The notes under the pieces were generated by a model. The model saw only the letters and a program-made list of their open reading frames with translations, ran no database searches and was not told where the DNA came from. The position numbers were made by a program, and so were the translations under genes. From Acutalibacteraceae bacterium (GTDB lineage: Bacteria > Bacillota > Clostridia > Oscillospirales > Acutalibacteraceae): a DNA stretch of 64,000 nucleotides. The DNA lies in the NCBI GenBank assembly GCA_045579445.1, contig JAZNME010000037.1:24099-88098 (forward strand), given 5' to 3'. This document shows positions 17,745-27,237 of the stretch, piece after piece; within the stretch, counting starts at the first letter, position 1; every line of letters starts with the position of its first letter.

Positions 17745-19157
17745 ATGGATAAAATAAAATTCGGTACAGGCGGTTGGCGTGCTATTATCGGTAAAGATTT
17801 TGTTTGCGAAAATATAAGACGCGTAGCTAAAGGCATTTATTTATTAATGGTTGAGCAAAACAGAGCAGATAAGCCTGTTATTATTGGCTACGATAGACGT
17901 TTCCTTTCAGAAGTTGCGGCAAAATGGGTAGCGGAGGTGCTTACTAAAAACGGAATAACCGTCTGGATTATGGAACGCTCCGCACCAACTCCGCTTATTA
18001 TGCACACAGTTAAAAGTAACGATTTATGGTTCGGTATTGAGGTTACTGCAAGCCACAACCCTGCAACATATAATGGTATAAAGCTTTTCACCCACGAGGG
18101 AAGAGACGCCTCGGTTGAGGTTACCGAAAGGCTTGAAGAGTTAATAGCAGATATCGGGGATGTCCCATATCTTGATTACGAAGAAGCTACGAATCAAGGA
18201 CTTGTAAAGCTTCTTGATAATCCATTCAATGATTTCCTTGACGATATTATTGACTTATTGGATATTAAGGCATTAAGAAAAAGAGGACTTCGCGTGCTTT
18301 TCGACTCTATGCACGGCTCAGGCACATATCCAATTTTAGTTATCTTCCACACCGCAAGGTGCACCATTGATACTATAAACACAAATAAAGATGCGTATTT
18401 TGGTGGTGTTATGCCCGCCCCATCTGAAAAGAGTCTTTTTGCCCTTAAAAACTCAGTTTTAAACGGTAAATATGACCTTGGCATTGCAATGGATGGCGAC
18501 GGCGACAGACTTGGTATTATTGACTCGAACGGCAAGTATATAAATGCAAATGAAACACTTTGCCTTCTTTATTATTACCTTGTAAAGTACAAGGGTTGGA
18601 AGGGTCCTGTTGTAAGAAATATTGCTACCACCCATATGCTTGACAGAATTGCAGAAAGCTTCGGTGAAAAATGCTACGAGGTACCTGTTGGCTTTAAATA
18701 CATTTCTTCAAAGCTTGATGAGGTTGATGCAGTTTTAGGTGGCGAAAGCTCAGGCGGTCTTACAGTAAGAGGTCATATTCACGGCAAGGATTCCGTTTAC
18801 GCTGCATCACTTTTTGCAGAAATGGTCAGCGTTACAGGCAAAACACCTTCACAGATGTTAGCAGAGCTTCAGAAGGAATTCGGAAAATTTGTGATGGTTG
18901 AGGATGATATGAGCTTTGACCCGACAATGAAAAGCGCGGTACAGAAAATTCTGCTTAAAGATAAGCGACTTCCTGAATTCAGCGATGAGATTGTTAAGGT
19001 CAGTTATGAGGATGGTTGCAAAATATATTTTGAAGATGGCTTCGTAATCTGCCGTTTCTCAGGTACAGAGCCACTTTTGAGAATTTTTGCAGAAAGCACA
19101 AGTGCCGTGAGGGCAAAGGATTACATAAATACAATCAAGAAATTTGTATTTGAATAA
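17745..19157 (+). CDS. Phosphoglucomutase/phosphomannomutase family (alpha-D-phosphohexomutase)
   Basis: Active-site loop TASHNP, metal loop DGDGDR, sugar loop GGESSGG. Strong SD AGAGGAGAGGG. Confidence 0.85.
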   Translation: MDKIKFGTGGWRAIIGKDFVCENIRRVAKGIYLLMVEQNRADKPVIIGYDRRFLSEVAAKWVAEVLTKNGITVWIMERSAPTPLIMHTVKSNDLWFGIEVTASHNPATYNGIKLFTHEGRDASVEVTERLEELIADIGDVPYLDYEEATNQGLVKLLDNPFNDFLDDIIDLLDIKALRKRGLRVLFDSMHGSGTYPILVIFHTARCTIDTINTNKDAYFGGVMPAPSEKSLFALKNSVLNGKYDLGIAMDGDGDRLGIIDSNGKYINANETLCLLYYYLVKYKGWKGPVVRNIATTHMLDRIAESFGEKCYEVPVGFKYISSKLDEVDAVLGGESSGGLTVRGHIHGKDSVYAASLFAEMVSVTGKTPSQMLAELQKEFGKFVMVEDDMSFDPTMKSAVQKILLKDKRLPEFSDEIVKVSYEDGCKIYFEDGFVICRFSGTEPLLRIFAESTSAVRAKDYINTIKKFVFE

Positions 19158-19161
19158 TAAA

Positions 19162-19190
19162 AACCGCAGTCGCAGGACTGCGGTTTTTTA
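19162..19190 (+). terminator. Intrinsic terminator of the phosphohexomutase gene
   Basis: AACCGCAGTC-GCAG-GACTGCGGTT followed by TTTTT. Confidence 0.8.
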
Positions 19191-19191
19191 A

Positions 19192-19329
19192 AATTAGGAA
19201 TTAGGGGTTAGGAATTAGAAATTTTGGGGCTATGCCGTAATTATAAAAATTGCAAGTGGCAGGTTGCAAGTTCCGAAACTGCGTTGCGATTGTAATGCAA
19301 AGCGCAGAGTGCAAAGTGCAAAACGTCGG
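19192..19329. repeat. Composite intergenic repeat (AATTAG words, GCAAGTGGCAGGTTGCAAG, GTTCCGAAACTGCGTTGCG, TGCAAAGTG words)
   Basis: AAATTAGGAATTAGGGGTTAGGAATTAGAAATT at 19192-19224. AATGCAAAGCGCAGAGTGCAAAGTGCAAAACGTCGG at 19294-19329 parallels 33865-33891. Other pieces parallel 16491-16520 and 16700-16742. Confidence 0.6.
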
Positions 19330-19333
19330 GGCA

Positions 19334-19498
19334 ATGAGTGAAGCTCATATCACCTGGTTTTGATGAAATAAAAGGAACACAACCCAGTTTATCTTTTTCG
19401 CAACCAAAGAAATCTGCCATAAAGCACCATCTGCCGTCAGGGAGGGTAATGGTTGTGGCACCCTCATATGAGCCGGGGTTCTGAATCTCCTTCTCCAT
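19334..19498 (-). pseudogene. Relic of a glycoside hydrolase (GH43-like beta-propeller blade); both ends missing
   Basis: Only the first 55 or so codons of the 85-aa ORF look protein-like (..YEGATTITLPDGRWCFMADFFG....GCVPFISSKPGDMSF..). The rest of the ORF is a translation of the TGCAAAGTG repeat. No upstream continuation and no SD. Confidence 0.3.
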
Positions 19499-19627
19499 AT
19501 AATCCTGAAAGCTTAATATATATGAATTATATCAAAAGGTTAATTGTTTGAAAACTGTTTTTCTTATATTTGCCTTAAAGAAATAAATGTGGTAAAATAA
19601 ATCATATAAAATAAATGGGAGAAGAAG

Positions 19628-20134
19628 ATGAACATAATCTTAATCGGTATGCCGGGTTGCGGTAAAAGTACAGTTGGTGTTTTGCTTGCCAAAAGTCTGC
19701 TTCGGGATTTCGTTGACACAGATTTAATAATACAGAATAAATATAAAAAAAGTCTTTGCGACATTATAAATCAAGATGGTCTTGATGGCTTTAAGGAAAA
19801 AGAAAACAGCGTGCTTGCTCAATTGAAGGCAGAAAACGCTGTTATTGCAACAGGCGGCAGCGCAGTATACTGCCCTGAAGGAATGGAAAACCTAAAAAAT
19901 AGTGGTAAGGTTATTTATCTTAAGCTTTCACCCGAAGAAATAAAGGGAAGAATTAAAAATATTACCACTCGCGGTATTGCTATGAAAGAGGGCACAACTA
20001 TTGAGGAGCTATACAACGAGCGATTCGCCCTCTACGAAAAATATGCTGACATTACAATTGATTGCGAAAACACAACGGCAGAGGAGTGCGTTAATAAAAT
20101 AATTGAAAATTCCAAATTAAAAATTCAAAATTAA
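19628..20134 (+). CDS. aroK: Shikimate kinase
   Basis: MNIILIGMPGCGKSTVG P-loop, 168 aa, typical AroK length and layout. Confidence 0.85.
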   Translation: MNIILIGMPGCGKSTVGVLLAKSLLRDFVDTDLIIQNKYKKSLCDIINQDGLDGFKEKENSVLAQLKAENAVIATGGSAVYCPEGMENLKNSGKVIYLKLSPEEIKGRIKNITTRGIAMKEGTTIEELYNERFALYEKYADITIDCENTTAEECVNKIIENSKLKIQN

Positions 20135-20159
20135 GGAACGCTACGCGTTGAATTTAAAA
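20134..20159 (+). repeat. Copy 2 of the GGAACGCTACGCGTT(G)AATTTAAAA motif, overlapping the aroK stop codon
   Basis: AGGAACGCTACGCGTTGAATTTAAAA. The upstream AATTGAAAAT...AAAATTCAAA (inside aroK) also parallels 16547-16570. Confidence 0.75.
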
Positions 20160-20171
20160 CGGAGATGAAAG

Positions 20172-21074
20172 ATGAATAACACAAGAAGACAGAGAATAAT
20201 AGAAAACATTAAAAAATTTAAAATCAAGAATTTCATAATGCTTACAGTTGCGGGTATTATAAATGCATTTGGCGTAACTGTGTTTTTAAACCCTGTTAAT
20301 CTTTATGACAGCGGTATTTCAGGCACATCAATGCTTCTTGCAGAGGTAACGCCACCACAGCTTACACTTTCAATTTTTCTTTTGATTTTAAATATACCTT
20401 TGTTTATTTATGGCACAAAAAAGCAGGGTAGCCACTTTACTGTTTACGCTGTGTATACAGTTTTCATTTACTCCCTATTTGCCTTTCTTATAACAGATAT
20501 TTTTCCCATAGATGTGAGTCTTGCTTCACCACTTGCAGGGTCAGATTTATTGCTTTGTGCCCTTTTCGGCGGTATGATTTCCGGTGTGGGAAGCGGTATT
20601 GCTATCCGCTTTGGCGGTGCAATGGACGGCATTGAGGTTATGGCAGTAATATTTGCAAAAAAGCTTGGTGTTACTGTGGGCACATTTGTTATGGCTTATA
20701 ACGTGGTGCTTTATGTTGTGTGCGGTCTTGTGCTTGAAAGCTGGATTTTACCGCTTTATTCTATTGTGGCATATATGGCGGCACTTAAAACGGTGGACTT
20801 TATAGTAGAGGGCTTTGACAGAGCAAAGTGTGCTATGATTATTACCACCGAGCCTGACGATGTTTGTGCAATGCTTTCATATTATTTTGAAACGGGCTCC
20901 ACAAAAATTGAAGTTGTAGGCGGATATTCAAACAAGCCTAAAACAATGGTTTACTTTATTGTTAACCGCTTCCAGGTGGCAAAGCTTCGTGAAATTGTGC
21001 ATGAGACCGACCCACACGCATACATCACTATTACCGAGGTTGCAGATGTGTTTAAAAAAGAAAAGATAGACTAA
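20172..21074 (+). CDS. YitT family membrane protein (DUF161 repeats plus C-terminal DUF2179 domain)
   Basis: Five or six TM helices followed by a soluble C-terminal ..MIITTEPDDV..KIEVVGGYSNKPKTMVYFIVNRFQVAKLREIV..DPHAYITI.. typical of YitT/DUF2179. Confidence 0.7.
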   Translation: MNNTRRQRIIENIKKFKIKNFIMLTVAGIINAFGVTVFLNPVNLYDSGISGTSMLLAEVTPPQLTLSIFLLILNIPLFIYGTKKQGSHFTVYAVYTVFIYSLFAFLITDIFPIDVSLASPLAGSDLLLCALFGGMISGVGSGIAIRFGGAMDGIEVMAVIFAKKLGVTVGTFVMAYNVVLYVVCGLVLESWILPLYSIVAYMAALKTVDFIVEGFDRAKCAMIITTEPDDVCAMLSYYFETGSTKIEVVGGYSNKPKTMVYFIVNRFQVAKLREIVHETDPHAYITITEVADVFKKEKID

Positions 21075-21118
21075 GACTAAAAAGGGGTTTAAAAAAACTT
21101 TCGTTTTTTATACTGTTT

Positions 21119-21157
21119 AAGGGGTTCTTACAGGTATCAGTCCTGCAGGAACCCCTT
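21119..21157. terminator. Probable bidirectional terminator hairpin between convergent genes
   Basis: AAGGGGTTC ... GAACCCCTT outer stem with inner CAGG/CCTG pairing. The flanking T-tracts are weak. Confidence 0.45.
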
Positions 21158-21189
21158 GATTTATATTGTTTTATGCGGTCTGCGTTTTT

Positions 21190-23421
21190 TTACAGCCCTT
21201 TTCCTATTGCCCCTACAAACAGAGCGGATATTTTTTCTATAATATTGTCGGCACTATCATAACTTACATTAAATCCGAGCTTTGCTTCTTCGCTTGATGG
21301 AGTAAATTGAATGTTATCAATGCTAAGGGTGGTTTCATTACTGCTTTCAAATGTAAAAATAATGTTTTCCACATCTTCCAGCTTATCGTTGGGCCGTGAA
21401 AAACCACATTCATTACCAAATAAATGCAAGCGGTTAAGATCAAATGTAATTGAATGCCATTGACTATCTCCGGGTATAGTTATTTCAACATCTGTAGTAT
21501 TGTCAATCGCAGGAGCATACCATTTGTATTTTCCAACATAAAAACGTACGCCTTTAAAAGAGACTGACTCGGATGTGTTATTCCTTACCTGAACAGTCAT
21601 TGTGCTGTAATTTGAATAATTTTTATCTGTATCATTAAAGGTTTGTATTTCTTTCTTGCGACCATCTTCAACCTCAAGTTCAAAGGCAGGGTTAATTGAA
21701 AATTCACCTGTTCCTTTAACCGACAAGCCATTTGTGCCACTGTACGCGTGATTTTCTGAAAATGATATTTCTGCATTTTCACTTTCCCAAACAGAATAAA
21801 AGTTGCTTGTAAAATCTGTATGGAAATGCCATGCAGTTTCATTTTCGCAATCTATCCATGGCTTTTCAACCCAATGCTGAACAGATATATCATTATTTGT
21901 AACAAATGGTGAAACGGGAAGTGTAATTGCCCCGTTTTCAGAAGAATACAAATTGGAGTAGGTGTTACGCACACCATAAGCATAAGCAACAGATTCAGGC
22001 TTATCTATTAGCTCATTGTATACCTTAACAGTATTTTTATCTGTTATTTCTGCCTGTGCTTCAACATAAATTCCATCTGCACCGCATATTGTAAAGCCTT
22101 TAAGATGCTCACCATTTATGCGTAAACCGTCTCCTGCATTATTTAATGTAACAAACACGTTATTGTCTGTTATCGTAGTTTTTTCAACAGTTGGTGCTGT
22201 ATAACATTTGAGCATACCATACACAAGACCTTCTGCGGCAAAAGCCATTCTTTCACCGATAGGCTTCTTTGTTTCAGGGTGAATAGATCCCACATCCTGT
22301 ATATATGTATTCTCTAAATCATATATGGAAATAACCGCCCTGGAGGATGGCTCTTCTTTTTGCCATTCCGAAAAGGCAATGTTACGATTTGAAAGAGGGA
22401 AATCATCACCATAATAGTACTGTGCAAGCTGTGTGCACACAAAAGGAAGCAACCCGTTTTCATAATTAAAAAGCTTGGTGTATGAACGTTGAAGAAGTGA
22501 AAGGCAGTTAAAATAATCTTTATCTGAGTCACCTATGTTACTCTCGCCCTGATACCATATCATACCTGACAGGCGGAAATTTTTAACCGGATTTATGCGT
22601 TGATTAAAGTTTGTGGCAATATCAGTATAAACATCCTGTTCATCTTCATTCCAGTCGTCTTTTTCTATATAGGTTCCTTTTTCAACAAGAAAATTTTTGA
22701 CCGCTTCATCATTGTCAACTGCTTCTCTCGAAAGCCAGGATTCCACAAGGGAGCCTCCTAAGGAAAGATTGAGAATACCAACAGGCACATTCAGATCCTT
22801 TTGAAGCTTATCAGCAAAGAAATAGCCTACTGCACTTACGCCGTAAATTTCATCATACTCACCTGTTACCCAATATGCATTTTTAATATCATTCTGGGGT
22901 TCAACGGGTAGCTTTTCTTCTGAACCTTTGTATTCAATATATGGAGGAGTATAAAATGCTCTTACCCAGGGGTTAAGCTCTGTTTGAGCTTTTTGCCAAT
23001 CAGCACCCACCTTAGATTGACCTAAAGGGTACATCATATTACTTTGACCGCTTGCAAGCCACAACTCACCAAAAACAACATCAATAAATTTTTTTGCTTC
23101 TACGCCATCCTTTTTTATAATAAGGGTGTATTTATCATATGAGCCTGCAGGTGCCTGAAGCACTATTTCAAAACGGCAATTTGTTGCTTTGCATTTCCCT
23201 TGTGCAATCAGCTCCTCACCCTTATAAAGCTCTGCACTTATTTCGGCATTGCGTGGAGCTTCCCCTTCAATTACCATAGGTTCGTTTTGTTTAAAGAGCA
23301 TGTGGGATGAGTATTTTGAGGATAATATGACTTTTTTAGGCTCTGCTGTTGCGAGAGAAAAAGGCATCAGGGAAACACAAAAGTTTAGAGCGAGAATAAA
23401 GGACAGAAATTTTTTGCTCAT
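21190..23421 (-). CDS. Secreted SASA/DUF303-type carbohydrate O-acetylesterase (sialate O-acetylesterase-like) with a beta-sandwich N-terminus and a roughly 230-aa CBM-like C-terminal extension
   Basis: Signal peptide MSKKFLSFILALNFCVSLMPFSLATA. Catalytic-Ser block ..GELWLASGQSNM.. and ..MIWYQGESN.. are typical of the SASA family. Confidence 0.65.
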   Translation of the reverse strand: MSKKFLSFILALNFCVSLMPFSLATAEPKKVILSSKYSSHMLFKQNEPMVIEGEAPRNAEISAELYKGEELIAQGKCKATNCRFEIVLQAPAGSYDKYTLIIKKDGVEAKKFIDVVFGELWLASGQSNMMYPLGQSKVGADWQKAQTELNPWVRAFYTPPYIEYKGSEEKLPVEPQNDIKNAYWVTGEYDEIYGVSAVGYFFADKLQKDLNVPVGILNLSLGGSLVESWLSREAVDNDEAVKNFLVEKGTYIEKDDWNEDEQDVYTDIATNFNQRINPVKNFRLSGMIWYQGESNIGDSDKDYFNCLSLLQRSYTKLFNYENGLLPFVCTQLAQYYYGDDFPLSNRNIAFSEWQKEEPSSRAVISIYDLENTYIQDVGSIHPETKKPIGERMAFAAEGLVYGMLKCYTAPTVEKTTITDNNVFVTLNNAGDGLRINGEHLKGFTICGADGIYVEAQAEITDKNTVKVYNELIDKPESVAYAYGVRNTYSNLYSSENGAITLPVSPFVTNNDISVQHWVEKPWIDCENETAWHFHTDFTSNFYSVWESENAEISFSENHAYSGTNGLSVKGTGEFSINPAFELEVEDGRKKEIQTFNDTDKNYSNYSTMTVQVRNNTSESVSFKGVRFYVGKYKWYAPAIDNTTDVEITIPGDSQWHSITFDLNRLHLFGNECGFSRPNDKLEDVENIIFTFESSNETTLSIDNIQFTPSSEEAKLGFNVSYDSADNIIEKISALFVGAIGKGL

Positions 23422-23425
23422 AATA

Positions 23426-24532
23426 TTACCACCTGTTTTCTACATATTCACAAAAGGTAAAAAGGTCTTTTATTTCAATTTTTGTTCCGTCGTCAAGGGT
23501 AACATCGCCATTCCAGTTACCGAAAATCTGGTGGCAGTTCATTCTGCCAACCTTGAAGTCAACATCTGTGTGGTTATCTAAGGTAGGTGTCATTGTCATG
23601 TTGAATCTGCCGTCTTCGGAAATGAATTTCCACTCCTCAAGGAATCTGTCCTTAGGGAATTTTTCAACGTCCACCGCACCTATTTTATGCACCTTGCCGT
23701 CATAGAAAATGCAGGTTTCCGTTGCGTTGGATTCATCACCGATTGCCCATGTGATTTCAAAGCCGAAAAGGTGCTTTTCACCTTTTTCATCTGTTATGTA
23801 TTTATTACCGCTTCCCCAGTACCACACCATTTTGTGAACAGTATTTACTCTACCCCAGTCCAGAGTGCAGAAGGAGTTATCCTTTGAGAAGCTATAGGTG
23901 TAATCTCCGAATTTAAACTCACCCTGGCAAGGCATACACATCTGCTTTGTGGTCATAAAGTACTTCGTGTTATCCTCATTAAAGGGGAATATTGTGGTTA
24001 TATTTTCAAGACCCTCGGGAATGTCCATTGTAACATTAACTTCAACAGGCTTACCCTTGTAGGTGCCTTTATACCAAAGAGTTCTTTCTGTTTCTTTGGT
24101 ATCAAAATCAAATTCTGTTTTACCGATTTTATCCTTATATCTGTTAGGAACATCGCCTTTTGAAGGCGGAACATGCTTGTTGGCACCAAGAAAGTATTGC
24201 ATTGAATCGCAGATTACCTCACCCGTTTTAACATTGGTGAGCTTTGCGGCAACATATCCGCCTACGTTAATGTTTGCAAAGGAAACCAGCACCTGAACCT
24301 CATCACCGACAAGAATATTGTAAAAATCCCATTCCTTACGGCTCATAATACCTGTTTTAACAAGATTTCTGTCGTATGTAAAATGGTTTTTTCTTGCCCA
24401 GCCTTTAGCGTTTAATGTGCCGTCAGCATTAAGGAGAGGAATTTCCTGTGTATACTCTGTTTGTTTTGATTTTTCCTTCCACTCTGTAAAGCTTTTGTAT
24501 GTTCTTGGAAGCTCTTTGCTCAAAGTAATCAC
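23426..24532 (-). CDS. DUF2804-like protein of unknown function
   Basis: 368 aa, no signal peptide, ends ..EYVENRW. The overall pattern resembles the DUF2804 family as I recall it. The stop lies 4 nt before the esterase start. The start is ambiguous: GTG 24532 or TTG 24523 (GAGGTG SD). Confidence 0.45.
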   Translation of the reverse strand: MITLSKELPRTYKSFTEWKEKSKQTEYTQEIPLLNADGTLNAKGWARKNHFTYDRNLVKTGIMSRKEWDFYNILVGDEVQVLVSFANINVGGYVAAKLTNVKTGEVICDSMQYFLGANKHVPPSKGDVPNRYKDKIGKTEFDFDTKETERTLWYKGTYKGKPVEVNVTMDIPEGLENITTIFPFNEDNTKYFMTTKQMCMPCQGEFKFGDYTYSFSKDNSFCTLDWGRVNTVHKMVWYWGSGNKYITDEKGEKHLFGFEITWAIGDESNATETCIFYDGKVHKIGAVDVEKFPKDRFLEEWKFISEDGRFNMTMTPTLDNHTDVDFKVGRMNCHQIFGNWNGDVTLDDGTKIEIKDLFTFCEYVENRW

Positions 24533-24585
24533 CTCAGATGTTAGTATATCTGTATTGTATCACAAAAAGATTAATTATGTAAAGA

Positions 24586-24610
24586 GCCACCTGAGTCTGA
24601 CTCAGGTGGC
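24586..24610 (-). terminator. Hairpin downstream of pnp (probable terminator)
   Basis: GCCACCTGAG-TCTGA-CTCAGGTGGC, a 10-bp stem. The trailing U-tract on the minus strand is weak (TCTTTA). Confidence 0.5.
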
Positions 24611-24618
24611 AATTAAAA

Positions 24619-26793
24619 TTAGTCTCTTTTCTTGTTGAAAGGCTTTCTTGGACGGCGTTCTCTCTGAGGCTCGTCGTCATTTTCAGGAACAAGGCCTTCA
24701 ACCTCAATAAGAGCATCTCTTCTTGAAAGATTGATTCTGCCCTGATCGTCGATTTCTGTAACCTTAACCATAATCTGATCGCCAACGTTTACGCAATCTT
24801 CAACCTTTTCCACTCTCTTAACGTCCAGCTTAGAGATGTGAACAAGGCCTTCCTTACCAGGAGCGATTTCAACGAATGCGCCAAAGCTCATAAGTCTTGT
24901 AACAACGCCGTTGTAGATAGCGCCAACCTCCGGATCATTAGCGATTGTGTTGATAATATCAAGAGCGCGGTTTGCATCGTTGATGTCAACTGCTGTAACG
25001 AAGATTGTACCATCTTCCTCAACGTCAACCTTACAGTTGCATTCTGCGCAGATTTTCTGAATAACCTTACCCTGTTTACCGATAACATCGCCAATCTTTT
25101 CAACGTCAATCTTAGTTGTGAGAAGCTTTGGAGCATATGCTGAAAGCTCTTTTCTTGGCTCTGCGATAACGGGATTCATGATTTCGTCAAGGATATACAT
25201 ACGAGCCTTATATGTTTTCTCGAATGCTTCCTTGATGATTTCAGGAGTAAGACCATGAACCTTAAGGTCCATCTGGATAGCTGTGATACCGTTCTTTGTA
25301 CCTGCTACCTTGAAGTCCATATCGCCGAAGAAGTCTTCAAGACCCTGAATATCAACCATTGTCATGAAGCGGTCGCCTTCAGAGATAAGACCGCAGGAGA
25401 TACCTGCAACAGGAGCTTTAATCGGAACGCCTGCAGCCATAAGAGAAAGAGTTGAACCACAAACTGAACCCTGTGATGTTGAACCGTTTGAAGAAAGAAC
25501 CTCTGATACAACACGGATTGTGTATGGGAACTCTTCCATTGAAGGAATAACAGGAAGAAGAGCTCTTTCAGCAAGAGCACCGTGGCCGATTTCACGTCTA
25601 CCAGGGCCTCTTGATGGCTTTGTTTCACCAACTGAGTATGATGGGAAGTTGTAGTGGTGGATATATCTCTTTTCAACGTCTTCGTCAATACCGTCAAGCA
25701 TCTGAGCATCGCGAGCAGTACCAAGGGTTGTTATTGAAAGAACCTGAGTCTGACCACGGGTGAACATACCTGAACCGTGTACTCTTGAAAGAAGGTCGAT
25801 TTCTGCGTTGAGAGGACGGATTTCGTCAATACCACGACCGTCTACACGCTTGCCTTCGTCAAGAAGCCAACGGCGAACAACGAATTTCTGAAGCTTGTAA
25901 AGGCAATCTTCGATCTTGTCTGCTTCCTCAGGGAATTTCTCGTCGAATTCAGCATGAACAGCAGCGTAGATCGGAAGAAGTCTTTCGTCGCGGATTCTCT
26001 TGTCGTCTGTGTCAAGAGCAACCTTGATATCGTCAATAGCGAAAGCTTTAATTGCTTCGTAAAGCTCTTCTGATGGGTCATTTGACTCAAATGGAACCTT
26101 TTCTTTACCAATTTCAGCAACGATAGATTTGATGAATTCAACGATTTTCTTGTTCTCTTCGTGAGCGAACATAATACCGTCGAACATAACCTCGTTAGAA
26201 ATTTCGTTAGCACCTGCTTCAATCATAGCAACGAGGCTGTCTGTAGAAGCAACTGTAACAGTCATTTCTGTTTTTGCTCTCTCTTCGAGAGTTGGGTTGA
26301 TAACGTATTTACCCTCAACAAGACCAAGAGATACGCTTGATACAGGGCCATCCCACGGAATATCGGAAATTGCGATAGCTGTTGAAACACCCCAGAGAGC
26401 TGCAATTTCAGGTGAGCAGTCAGGGTCAACAGACATAACTGTTGCAACAACAGAAACATCGTTTCTCATATCTTTAGGGAAGAGAGGACGGATAGGTCTG
26501 TCGATAACACGGGAAGTGAGAACTGCTTTTTCTGAAGCTTTGCCTTCTCTTCTCTGGAAAGAGCCCGGGATTCTGCCTACTGCGTAAAGCTTTTCTTCGA
26601 AATCAACTGAGAGAGGGAAGAAATCTACACCCTCACGTGGCTTTGGAGCCATTGTAGCTGTACAAAGAACTTCTGTATCACCGTAACGAACGATACAAGA
26701 ACCATTTGCAAGCTGAGCCATTTTACCGGTTTCAATAACGAGCTTTCTGCCGGCAACTTCTGTTTCAAAAGTTCTGAAATCCTTAAAAAACAT
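24619..26793 (-). CDS. pnp: Polyribonucleotide nucleotidyltransferase (PNPase)
   Basis: 724 aa with two RNase PH domains, KH and S1 (..GAIYNGVVTRLMSFGAFVEI..). Conserved rpsO-pnp synteny. Confidence 0.95.
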   Translation of the reverse strand: MFFKDFRTFETEVAGRKLVIETGKMAQLANGSCIVRYGDTEVLCTATMAPKPREGVDFFPLSVDFEEKLYAVGRIPGSFQRREGKASEKAVLTSRVIDRPIRPLFPKDMRNDVSVVATVMSVDPDCSPEIAALWGVSTAIAISDIPWDGPVSSVSLGLVEGKYVINPTLEERAKTEMTVTVASTDSLVAMIEAGANEISNEVMFDGIMFAHEENKKIVEFIKSIVAEIGKEKVPFESNDPSEELYEAIKAFAIDDIKVALDTDDKRIRDERLLPIYAAVHAEFDEKFPEEADKIEDCLYKLQKFVVRRWLLDEGKRVDGRGIDEIRPLNAEIDLLSRVHGSGMFTRGQTQVLSITTLGTARDAQMLDGIDEDVEKRYIHHYNFPSYSVGETKPSRGPGRREIGHGALAERALLPVIPSMEEFPYTIRVVSEVLSSNGSTSQGSVCGSTLSLMAAGVPIKAPVAGISCGLISEGDRFMTMVDIQGLEDFFGDMDFKVAGTKNGITAIQMDLKVHGLTPEIIKEAFEKTYKARMYILDEIMNPVIAEPRKELSAYAPKLLTTKIDVEKIGDVIGKQGKVIQKICAECNCKVDVEEDGTIFVTAVDINDANRALDIINTIANDPEVGAIYNGVVTRLMSFGAFVEIAPGKEGLVHISKLDVKRVEKVEDCVNVGDQIMVKVTEIDDQGRINLSRRDALIEVEGLVPENDDEPQRERRPRKPFNKKRD

Positions 26794-26921
26794 AATTTTT
26801 ACCTCTTTTTATTTTATTTCCGTTTCCTACTTTTTAGCAACAAAGAAAAACACAAAAAGCTTGCACTTTTCTTTATCGCTAAACAGGTAAGTTACGGATT
26901 TTTAACGTATTAAAAGTGTTT

Positions 26922-26962
26922 TAAAAAACGGCTAACGGGACAAACGGTAAGCCGTTTGTCCC
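26922..26962 (-). terminator. rpsO terminator / pnp leader hairpin
   Basis: GGGACAAACGG-CTTA-CCGTTTGTCCC on the minus strand, followed by GTTAGCCGTTTTTT. Confidence 0.7.
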
Positions 26963-26973
26963 GAAATGAGCAA

Positions 26974-27237
26974 TTATTTACGAAGACCAAGACGTGCAAC
27001 GATTGAACGGTAACGCTCAATGTCTGTCTTCTGAAGGTATGCAAGAAGGTTTCTTCTATGACCTACCATTTTGAGAAGACCGCGACGAGAGTGGTGGTCC
27101 TTCATGTTGTTTTTAAGATGTTCGTTAAGGTCGTTGATTCTCTTTGTGAGAACAGCGATCTGAACCTCTGGAGAACCTGTATCTCCTTCGTGTGTGGCAT
27201 ATTCTGCCATAATTGCCTGCTTTTCTGCCTGTGTCAT
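26974..27237 (-). CDS. rpsO: 30S ribosomal protein S15
   Basis: [63 protein letters not shown].. I placed the start at ATG 27237; the ORF-track N-terminal extension is not S15-like. Confidence 0.95.
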   Translation of the reverse strand: MTQAEKQAIMAEYATHEGDTGSPEVQIAVLTKRINDLNEHLKNNMKDHHSRRGLLKMVGHRRNLLAYLQKTDIERYRSIVARLGLRK

